Translations under genes and position numbers: made by a program | NCBI GenBank assembly: GCA_030141605.1 | Contig: JAQGDQ010000583.1 | Span: 71,937-135,936, forward strand | DNA from: Tubiluchus corallicola | Taxonomy: Eukaryota; Animalia; Priapulida | DNA length: 64,000 nt | Direction of reading: 5' to 3' | The notes under the pieces: generated by a model | The model's database searches: none | Seen by the model: only the letters and a program-made list of their open reading frames with translations | What the model was told of the DNA's origin: nothing | Shown: positions 21,306 to 33,300 of the stretch, piece by piece | Numbering within the stretch: the first letter of the stretch is position 1 | Layout: every line of letters starts with the position of its first letter

Positions 21306-24300
21306 ATGCAGTGGCTTCGTATGGACGAGTCCATTACCAGCTACAGGGGGTAGGAAATAAATGGCATTTCACCCCCGTAACAATATGTTCAGTTGTGACG
21401 TCACCACTAGCTCGGCTCGCCTATTAATTAAATTCTTACCTATTATTTAATTATCAGAAACATTTTATATTTTTGTCGAACTTCAAAATGGGGTAGGATA
21501 TGAAATTTCATCCAATTTTTCTTTAAGCGCAACATTTTTCTTTCGGTATGCAGGGTTGGAGCAGCAGGGCAGTACGGAGCCCCGACAACTCCCACTCATG
21601 CGGCTGTGTACGGAGACGAGACGCCTAGCTACCAGCCACATCAGCAGTCTAGCGCCCATCCACGTGCAGCGCAACATCAGCAACATGATGCGGAACCACA
21701 GTTCCAGCCTGCTTACCAATCTCCATCATACTACCAAGAGCAAAGACGTGTGAGGCAACAAGGTGGTCCGAGACCTGTTAGGCAGCTGTATGATGTCAAC
21801 AGAGAAAAAGAACAAGAGAGAAACGCCATCATGGCTCAGGTAAAGATTTCCTGTATTCTAGTCAAAAAATTCCCAAAGGATTCTCCTTATCCTCCTTTTT
21901 TCTTTTTTTTCTTTTTTCTTTTTTCTTGTTTCTCCTCATCTCCTAAGTAATTGTTGCTCTTTCTCATACGTACTTTTCTCTTAAATTTTTCTATATTACA
22001 CTTTTTTGATACTTATTTTATCTTTCCATAATCTCAGTTTTTTAACTTTACTCACTAACCTTGGTCAAATCCCCCTGTTAATAAGACCCCTTTTGACACT
22101 ACTACATATGATAATCCTAATTACTGAATAATTGCATTGTTTTGTTTAGATTTTGGTATCCAACTTTATTATTATTATTTTTTTGTTTTCAGTTCTTTTT
22201 GGATAATTTGTATCATTTATACTGTTTTTATTTGTATTTTTTCTTATTTGTTTTTGTTTTTGTTATCTGCAGCATCACCGTTAATTTTTAATATGACTAA
22301 TCTATTTATAAGAAAGGGCAGGAGGCTAGATGACCCTATGGTCCTTCCCTGCCCTTCTCCATGATTATAATTATGTAATATTTAAAAAACTTTTTATGTC
22401 AAACTAATTAGAGAAAATAGATGTTGTATGTCTATGTCTATGTCTATGTCCATGTCTATGTCTGTCTATGTCTATGTCTATGTCTATGTCTATGTCTATG
22501 TCTATGTCTATGTCTATGTCTATGTCTATGTCTATGTCTATGTCTATGTCTATGTCTATGTCTATGTCTATGTCTATGTCTATGTCTATGTCTATGTCTA
22601 TGTCTATGTATATGTATATGTCTATGTATATGTCTGTGTCTATGTCTATGTCTATGTATTGCTATGCTAGTCATTTGGAAGAAATAGTGCTGATGAGCTA
22701 TACTGTTCGATGTCGATTAACCCTTTCAGTCCCAAATTATTTTTTTAATAAGAAAATTTTTTTTGGTTTGGTACTTTTGTTCAGTATGTCCATCTTGTTT
22801 ACACATAATAATTATTTTTTCTACCTGTGCCCGCGTGCTAAATATAGCCTGTATCCCACGGGATACATTGGGATTCAATTGAAGCATAAAATGTGCTTCA
22901 TTTTGTAACAGCTGATAATTTTTTAAAGTATTTAAGACATTTAGTATGCATGCTATGCTGATCTGTACAAAGTCGTCTCTAAATTACTGTACCTTGCGCA
23001 GTTTTTTTTATGCTATGTAGATTTTCTAGTTTGCCATTTTATCACCATTTTTAGTCTATTGTCATTGGCTTAAATCGAAATAACGATTAACAGTTCAAAT
23101 ATCTGTCAGTTTTAAATTTTATTAATTTTAAAGGCAGAAAATATTCTCGTATCCCACGGGATACAACGGGTATGAAACGGTTAACAGTTCCAAAATCCAG
23201 CGGTCACTGGCAAGGCCAACTTAATATGCTTTACAACATAAAGAAACCAAAAAATACGTTGAAATAGTACATAGGATGGAACGGCTCAAACGTTGTAGGG
23301 ACGATAATACAAAAAAACACCATACTAACAAAAGCACAATAATTACACATAAAAACAAAAACAGTAAGAACGCGTTTTATAGGCTGCGAGTTCGAATTAA
23401 AGTTATTTGCTATCCTGTTCCTCTTCCCTTTTCCTACTGATGTCGTACATAAAATTTATTATTAGGATTCTAATCTCTACATCATTTATGTCATTAATAA
23501 ACATAAACATACAGGCATTTCTGCAAAATTTGGTTAATATAAATAGTTGTGGAGGAACGGGTACCTACTCAGTATCAAGAGCAAGTCTCTAACAATCTTT
23601 AACAACAGACACTGAACAGGCAGATGCATCTTAGCCACCTTGAGCGTCTATACATTTTTTCTGTCCGAAATTTGTGGCTCAACTTAATATAGCAGATGAA
23701 GTCACCCAGGAGAAGATTTCCCGGAAGTCACTGACCCATTTACTGACCAGGCTCAGCATTGCTTAATTTCTGCTGCTAAGTAAGTACTTCTTCCGCGAGT
23801 CTACTTCGCTCAACTATTGCCTTACTATAATTAAACAAATAAGAATGTTAACTAGGAATCAAAGTAGACGTATAGAATGTTAATGATAGCAGGTATTATT
23901 TTCTTAAGAAACGTGTCTATTTTTGGTCAAGCATTGCACAAATTTCCGTAATCACAACCTTCTTCGCGAGTGCCCCCCCCCTTCGCTTTGCTAAGCGATT
24001 TCAGATCCGCCCGAAAAAATTCCTCTGCGCGCTCAACATGTTTAAGCTTTCGAATCTGAACGTACGCTGATTAAGCTGTTTTTAGAGTCTCGATTTCAAC
24101 CATAGCCAAATTTTCATTAATTTTAAATTTTACGTAAAGTTGATAATGATTTCCATGTGAGATATTTTAATGTGAAACGTCGTAAAACTGTGTGAGTGAG
24201 TGAACGCTTGCGAGACAGTAATAGTAGTAGTAGTTTTTTTAAGTAATATTTACAATCTTTAGCTGGGATAGCAGAATTGAAACATTTCATAATCCAAAAT

Positions 24301-27300
24301 ATTCTACTTTTAAGAAAACAGCAACTTATACAATGTTAAAAAGTTGACAATAAGAATTTTTTATTTACGTAGTATCAGTGAAAAAAAGATATGATAATGA
24401 GTACTAAGCTGACCTTACACAGTTTTATTATAGATTTGTAACACTTTGTTATGGTACTTGAAAGAAATTGCTGTGTTTTCTTATTCATAAGCTTTTACAA
24501 TATGAAAACAGATCTCAAATACAAAATTGGAGTTCATAATTGACATTAAAGGTGTAAAGTCTACATTGCTGAATCTTCTTCTAGTTTCAGCTGTTAAATA
24601 ACAGTCCATTAAAACGTGCTTTTCAGTTTGCATTTCTCCACAATTACAGAGTCTCTGCCTTCTATCTACGCTACGCCATCTATCAGTTTCAACTTTTAAA
24701 TAGTGCGCCTGGAGTCCCAAAGCTTTTGGCAATGGGGTAAATCTCAGGTGTTGAATAACTCTGGAATAAATGGTGCTATTAAGCACGAGTTGAACTCTTT
24801 ATATGTCTCTTGTTTAGTTAAGTTACTGTTTCTTACAGTATCTGCCTACAGAGATTGTCGCTGGCCATATTACTCACTTACACTGATTCTAGGCAGTCCA
24901 TTCAAACATTTATACAAATCACTGTTGCAAAGTCTTGCTATTTCGCATGCTTGTAACGGCTGATGAATTTCTGGATTGGCTAGTATTTTTTAACATATTT
25001 TCATTTGTCTACATTTCACCCACGTGGTGAAAGACGGATATTCTATACAAGACCATTGCACGTTGAACGTCTAATTAACAAAAATGACTTAAGGATATCC
25101 ATATGCGTTGTGCTGGACATAATACTTTGCAGATTGATGTTCCAGGTCTCTGAGCTGTAGAACTCACCAGCTATAAGAGCACTATCTAATAAATGTCACA
25201 CTCATGTGAAGAGAATTCCACTGTTCAATATTTATGATCAACGGAAAGGGCATTTGATGATAGTAATAATAATAAATTCGTTTAGGACACAGTCCAAGGA
25301 TAACACCTTATGTAACTCTCAATTATTATTTGCAAGGTATTATTATTATTACCTGCACGTTGCTTAGATAAACACGCGTGCTTGGTCGAAGACCAGCGTA
25401 CGATTTTTCAAGTCTTTGCTATGACTCGGTAAAATGAAGAAGACACAGTGACTTCGAATAAGCATCTTAGACTTAGTTTACATAAATGCATAGTTATAGT
25501 TACGTAAAATCATTATAAGTGACCACATGTTATAATGTGCACATGTTTTATTGTTATAGCTGGTAAGCATGACGTTGTCAATAAACTACCTTGTCTGTAG
25601 CACTGTATGCAGCCTGGCCCAGTTGCCACTTTACGGATTTTTTAACTCCAAAGTCACGCAACGAGAAATAGCTCCCATAACTGTTCTAGTGTATTTAGTT
25701 TATTCCCAGCTATGGTAAAATTTGTGTATAAGTTTACTTTTGTAGAATGTGAAGAAAGCTAAATACTAGCAAATGGTTACCAAGAAAAAATGAAAATTCG
25801 CACTAATTCTAGAACAGTTTTTTCAGTATCAGATTTAAGAAAAAAAGATTACGATGCAAATATTCACTATTGCGTTACTTTCATTTGTGTGGGAAAACAT
25901 TTTTTGACAAAAAGTTCTAATTTGTAATAAATGGCCAAAATTAAAATTAATTCTCTTTTAATAGAAGGCTCACCTGACGTTAGTTTATTTCTTGTTTATT
26001 TTTGCAGCCTTTCAGAACACGGCAGCTTATAACGCCAACGGTAAAGACAACATGGGACTTACCCACTGGATCATATTTAAGAAGCTGGGGACGATCAGGA
26101 CACCAACCCGAAGTCGTAAATAGAGAAACTTATTATCAAGAAACCCCCCACCAGTCGGCAGCACCGAGTAGGCATCACGGATCCCAAAATGCTTATACGT
26201 CGCATACTGGTCCACAGGTTTGTCCGTATAAAATTAATAATAACGGGCTATAAAAGATCTAGAAAAACATCACACGTTGATTCTTTTTATGTAAATAAGC
26301 TTAACATTGCCATTGTAAAATATTATGTTTATGAGATCTACGTACATCGACATGCAAACTAAATATCACTAATACAACAGAGCTTTTATTAAAAACTTTA
26401 ATGTACAACTGTTTAAAAAACCTGTCCAAACACTTGGATAGCAATCAGCTGTCATCATCAGTGGTGCAGTATACAAGCAACAACCGTACAGGTAGATCCT
26501 ACAGTATAGAAAATTATGCAATATTTATATATTTACGAAGTTTTTACAATGTCTTTACAATTTTTAAGCCAAAGTAATAAATAAACAGACGTGTAGAAAA
26601 CTTTTACTATATCTAAAATTGTACTGTATCTATCTCCTTTCTACAGGGTCTGTTTATTCAATACTTTTGCTTGTTTGTAAATGCATAATTAATGCATAAT
26701 TTTCTAAACTGTAAGCACTGCCTATATAAACTGGTTTGTTGTTTGTGTAATGCACCACTGATGATGACAGCTGATTGCTGTCGAAGTGTTTTACTTTTTA
26801 AACAGTTGTAAATTATTGTTTTTAATAAAAGTTGTGTTTTTTATGACAAATAAATGTAATTAAATGCAAGTAAATGTAAGAATGGACAAGCATAAAATTT
26901 AATTTAATCTGACAACTGCTAGCGCTGGACGAGAATAATGTTAAAATTAAGCAAATGTATTAATTTTAGAAACATTGCGATGTTTGCTACTGACCATTAA
27001 TAACAAAAAGCTCTAATTTTAAAATGCTTCTTAAAGATTGATGCATAGATCCATAATTACAAGATTTAAACTTACAATCACAAAGTTTGACTGAAGTCAC
27101 TATAGAAATGTTAATGAACCTAAATGATGCACGAAAACTTCTAACTAATTCAAAGTTAAAAATGTTTTTCCTTGACAGTACGCAGGTGGACATGACGATG
27201 ATAAGCAAATGGCGGACAGTTTAAAGAGGTCCCTGTCCACTGCTGCTAATCAGCAATCATCGTGGGCTACTAGACCCGCTTCATCGGGATATGGAGGTAG

Positions 27301-30300
27301 CGAAAGTTCTACTTGGTATACTAGTACGCAGCATCAACAACCTCAGGTAAACTTTCCGATAGTTGAAAATTTCTTGTAAAAGTTTTCTGGATATAGTTGA
27401 ATTTGTAATCTGAGTCTCTTGAAATTTCACCATAGATTCGTAGTTCGGTCGGTATTTGAAAATTTTTGAAATCTCTTGTTTTCGGCCATCACGTTTTTAA
27501 GTGGAAAAAAGCACAAATACAACCTGCATGCTTTTGAAATTTTGAATAAGGTTAAGCTAAAAGCATTTTAATATCCGTTGACTAAGATGACAGTTAACTT
27601 ATCAAATTAAGTTTAATCGGTTGCATGGGTTCATCATTTCTCTCCTTCCACGTTTTCCACCAATTTTTGCTGCAGCGGTAAGTAGTGCAAAGCATGTATT
27701 CTTCCGCGTTAGCTTTAGTTCACACAAAATAAAGTGTTTAATAATTTGATTGCTAAACTATTCCCAGAAACTTCGGAAAACGTGAGAAATGTGACTGGGA
27801 AGAAACTTGATGCACACTGCTATCAAATTTTAGACTTTGAAGGTTTTAAGAGAATAAAATCAAGAAATTTACAACTTTGCAGCTTAAATTTTTAGACTTT
27901 TCTTCCTAAAAAGGCTTCATAAAACGTCTAAAATGCATGAAATGCCTTATGCTGTTTTGTTCCCCGGGACTTCGTGACGAGGTGGCAACGCTGGTTGACG
28001 AAAGATTGTAGAAACTACGCAAGCTTTGGATTGTTACTATAATATTCTAAGATCCTAAATTCTAATTAACTAAAATAAATGTAGCTCTAGTCAATGTTAG
28101 TAATCGAATAAGGACTTACAATTAAATAGTACAATCGAATACGATGGTTGTGAAAATAAAACATGATGATATCGACAAATTTGATGATTATAGAGCTTGG
28201 TGGAGATAGTCGTGTTATGGTGCTAATTAATTATTTAGCTCCTGATTTAATTCGCGAGACATAGATCACAGAGCTTGCAATTTGTAAGGTACAAACATCG
28301 GTCTTATATGAATGCCAACATTTCTAATTAGGGGATTATTAGTCTGACATAATTATCTTCCATACATGCATGTATCACATAGAAACACCTCCATATATAT
28401 ATCACTGTTGCAAAGTCTTACTATATATATATATATATACGATTTAGTTTGAATGATTGTAAATACAATACATACATTGGGTTAGTAGTGCAAATAAATA
28501 AATAAATGTCGGCTAGTTGTTAAAAAACTCACACTTTTACAACAAATGATATCTGCCACTGACTAACATACATATGCGATATTAAGTTTGATTTTACATC
28601 ACAGAATCACAACATAAACATTGTAGAATATCATTGAACTGGAGAGAAAATGGAAAAATCACTTCTGGTTAAATAATTTGAAACATCATGAAGAAATGAA
28701 ACAGTGAGGCTTTGAGCACGTGTATGCTCTCTTGCTTTCTTAGATATGGATCTTTTAATTGTTAAATAATCACATTTGTCATAATTATCATTATATTTAC
28801 TTTTAATGAATTGCAGATTGTAACCCAATGTTGACTGCACAGAATATTCTGCATTTCTCGCAAGAAACCATAATCGTATTCATGCTATTAATACATGACG
28901 TAAATAATTTTACAAATCAGATTTCAAAATGGGTACTCGGATGTATAATAAATATGTTTTTTCTTCAAAGAAAAGTATGCATATTGAATAATCTGCCTAC
29001 AGTATAGAGAAATAACTGTGTTCTTATTCATAGGCTAGTCCTGCTGTATACCAAGATGACAGTAAGAGGATCGTACATGCGCAGTATAATTCTCCCATGA
29101 ACTTGTACTCTGCTGACAACGTGGCTGAAACCATTCACAGCCAGACTGGCACGACACCTGGAGGGTAAGTCATTTCAATAAGTAGTTACCAGTAAAAAAT
29201 TCATGGGGTTACTATTGGACGCATAGGCGTACTGGAGGAAGTCTTACAAGGGGGCAGAAGCGATTTGCCCTGAAAATTTTCTAACTTACCATAACCTATA
29301 TCATTTCCAAATAAGAGCAAACAGCCGGATACAAACTTATATAGGATATAGACTGGCAAAAGTGTCTAAAAATATTTATAGGCCTACTCAGGGCCAGATT
29401 TAGATGAAGAGAGGTACTAGACTAGTCAACTTGTGAGGCCCATTCGCAACCTCCAACGTGCACGGTCTAACCCTGACTCTCAAGGCAAGATAAAGATCGA
29501 AGTGTTTTTTAAATAAAATTTAATGATCGGTGTTTAATGAAGTAACGCAATTTACAATTCTTTCTAACCTGAATTGCTATTCCAAATGATGCAACATCTT
29601 TGTTTAATACTGTAATGAACGCAAGCACGTGTAAATTTGATGTTAAAATAAAGACTGTGAAAAACTTTTTGCAAAACTGAGTTTTATGAATACTTTCATT
29701 TTATATTTTCAACTTGTAAGTTTACTTTTGCATTCTTTATATCCCATGAGCTTACAGATTTTATTCTTCTGAACTTTAAGCATTTTTTTATTATTCATTA
29801 TTACATTTGGAAATTTTACTATACAATTATTTGCCCTGAATATAAATAGTTTTTGCCCAGAAAATGTAAAATTAATTTGCCCCGACCCCTCGCCTCGAAC
29901 ACATATGAGAAGGCGTGAGTTTCAGATTGGACTTATTTTCCCGGAATGGGTTTTGATGCTGGCAAAGTCCAGAAAAGATCATAAACCAACTGCGGTACCG
30001 TAAATTTCTACAAACTTTAATGTATTCTAACACTTCTAACCAACGCACATACATAACTGAACGTTTCGGTTTCAAAATGAGCGCCACAAAGGAATTGTAT
30101 TCTGAATGTAAACACGCTTTATGAAAAAAATAACAGCTATTACAAAATTAAGTCTGAAATACCTAACTGTTCACATTCAGGGTTACGGCAGAGCCTCTTT
30201 TAACATGTTGGCTGGGTGCCAAATTTGGTGATGACAGTGAAGAAATCTTGGCACCCAGTAATGCATAAATCTGACCAATGGGTACTGAGATACATTGTTT

Positions 30301-33300
30301 CAACGAAAAATAAGTTTTGCCCTTTCCATTGGTCTGTACAACTAGTGATCCTGGCCTGGCCCTGTAGAAAACAGAATGAGTTTACGTTAGCTCCAGTGTT
30401 GAAGAACTATAGGTTCCTAGTGATCCTGGGTCTGGTCTGGCCCTGTAGGAAACGCAATGAGTTTACGTTAGCTCCAGTGTTGAAGAACTATAGGTTCCTA
30501 GTGATCCTGGGTCTGGTCTGGCCCTGTAGGAAACGCAATGAGTTTACGTTAGCTCCAGTGTTGAAGAACTATAGGTTCCTAGTGATCCTGGGTCTGGTCT
30601 GGCCCTGTAGGAAACGCAATGAGTTTACGTTAGCTCCAGTGTTGAAGAACTATAGGTTCCTAGTGATCCTGGGTCTGGTCTGGCCCTGTAGGAAACGCAA
30701 TGAGTTTACGTTAGCTCCAGTGTTGAAGAACTATAGGTTCCTAGTGATCCTGGGTCTGGTCTGGCCCTGTAGGAAACGCAATGAGTTTACGTTAGCTCCA
30801 GTGTTGAAGAACTATGGGTTCCTAGTGATCCTGGGTCTGGTCTGGCCTTGTAGGAAACGCAATGAGTTTACGTTCGCTCCAGTGTTGAAGAACTATGGGT
30901 TTCTAGTGATCCTGGGCCTGGTCTGGCTCCGTAGGAAACGGAATGAGTTTACGTTCGCTCCAGTGTTGAAGAACTATAGGTTCCTAGTGATCCTGGGCCT
31001 GACCTGGCCCTGTAGGAAACGCAGAGTTTATGTTCGCTCCATTCCGGAAATGATTGCCGGAAACACAGTTGCAGTGGCGGCTCGTAGAAAAAATTAGTGG
31101 GGGTGCTGTAAAATTTAAAAAAAAATTAGCCATTGTTTTAATATTGTGTAAAACGAAACAAACATTATGTAAATATAATGTTGAATTGTACTTTTAAACA
31201 AGCAAACTAATTTAAACATAGCTTTGATAAAACTCCTAAAGAAAAAAATATTGACAACACAAATTTACGGACAACACGTACTGCAGTGAGCGACAGTACT
31301 CTTTCTACCGAAAGTACAGCGTCTTATCTCAGGCATGTGCGCCTGGCCGCATGCGCACAACAGCTAAACATTGCGTTGCTTGAGCTGTGAAGCAAATTGT
31401 ACTTCCCTCACGTGCTCGTGTTCCGCACAAGTATAAAGGAAGAACTAAAGAAAAGGACATTATATTGAATATTTTCGATAATATTGAAAATTGTTTGTAT
31501 TACTTATAATTTTTCCGTGTCTTATGGTATCATATAGCAGGTTTAATGTGATTCGCTTTATTGAAACGTGGCGCTCAGAATAGGCCAGAAAATGTCGTTT
31601 ATAAAGGTAAAATTGATGGGGAGAACCCCCCCCCAGGCCCAGATCCAGACTCCCTGATACCCAGTGATTGTCCCTTAAAAGAGGCTCTGGGTTACGGTTT
31701 CCATCCCTGCTTACTTTGAAACCTGGCTGGCTATCGCAGGAACGTGCTTTGCATCATGAATTAAGTCTTTAAAAATGCCTTATTAATTTTAACTTTATAT
31801 TCAAAAATCCTTGTACAACAATCCACGTAGTTCGTGCAGCTTTTCTGTTAAAGAAACTGCACTACTGCATGTTTATTCATATTTTCTTAACGTTTTCTAA
31901 AAGCACAAATATAATTTGCTTTTTTAAACATGAGACAACCATGCATTGTCGTAATTTTAGTAAAGTCAAATATTTCTTCAGTAGATTAATATTAGTGAAT
32001 GAATTTCAAATACCTTTCAGTTAGACATATGCCGTTAGATAAAAAAGGAAAACAATGAAATGTTATTGACTATTAAATACCAAATGAATATCATATGGAA
32101 GTACGTCTGTACGTAGAGACTGTTTATCTACAGTAAAGACTTAATTCATGGTAGTATTTCGCTGCGATAAGTGATATTGTGCAGTGGCGGCGGAAGTGCA
32201 TGTCTGTTCAAAAAGTGGTACACATTATACAACTGCATTTCTGGAGAGAATTAGTTAAATATTTTTTTCAAAATATGCTGCGCCTAAATATCATATTATT
32301 TTCTGTCACATGATGGAAAATGATATTTTACTGGCAATGTTATTTCAATATTCTGTTGTAAGTATGCCATTGCATGTATGTACGAAGTTCGGCTTAGTGG
32401 TAATGACGGCTAGAAAACATTGAGTGGTTTGGAATTCTTTGCTTCCATATTTGTAGTTGTATTGTGACCCATGATGAACAGAACAACTAAAACGGCGCAT
32501 GATAATTGTAACTAAAATCGGCTTTTTTCATTTTCCGATGCGCATCTTCCCGTTAAGTCGTGCGCTTAATAAAATACTGCGAAGAACAGAAAAACAAACA
32601 AGCCAACATTTATTTTATAGGTACTCCAACCAGAATCAGTCTTATTCTTCATCATCTTATTCACGATCCTACAAATCTTCAAGGTGAATTTGAGACCATT
32701 CTTGTTGTTGTTGTTGTCTGTGTGCGCATGCAGCATGAATTGAATAGCATGTGTCCGGGCGTAATCAACGTTATTCCTGGCTAATTAGCTTACCACTATA
32801 GTAAAGCCTAACGGCAATTTGATCGCAAACATTTTGCACTGCAGCCCTGTAACCAGCACATAACAGCAACGCCTACAACTAATGCTGGATGGTGGTGGGA
32901 CTGGGACGTAGTTTGTAAACAACTTTCCTCTAAGATGAAACACTGAGCCGGTAGAGAGGTGTCCAGACGTGCATACACCCACCCTCCGGGTGGCCATAAG
33001 TTGCGAATAGAAATGCCGATTAGCTGCAGTTTCTCGTGGTCACCCATCCATTAACTAATCAGGGTAATTGCTGCTTAGCTTTTGGTAGCCAAACGCTCAA
33101 CGTGGCCATCCATTCATTTTGCTAGCCTGGTTGTATTTTGTGACTAGCCCATTTATAATTACATTGTAGCACATGTCAGCATTACATATTTTTGCAGTTT
33201 ACATATTCGGCCGCTAGATGGGCGTCTCTGCCATTGTGCATGATCACGAGTGAAATGGACGTTGTTATAGATGTTTGAATTAAAAAGCTGATTACTAGGT

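Noticed and set aside
30341-31040. Regular repeat array as a CRISPR locus
   Set aside because: Units are contiguous with no unique spacers, there are no cas genes, and the context is a eukaryotic intron.
30216-31097. 293-aa ORF as a real protein-coding gene
   Set aside because: Almost entirely one 81-bp unit that happens to lack a stop in one frame; no recognisable domain. Kept only as a low-probability finding.
33030-33085. Functional 5S rRNA gene
   Set aside because: Only the internal control region is similar, with many substitutions; the 5S ends and terminator are absent.
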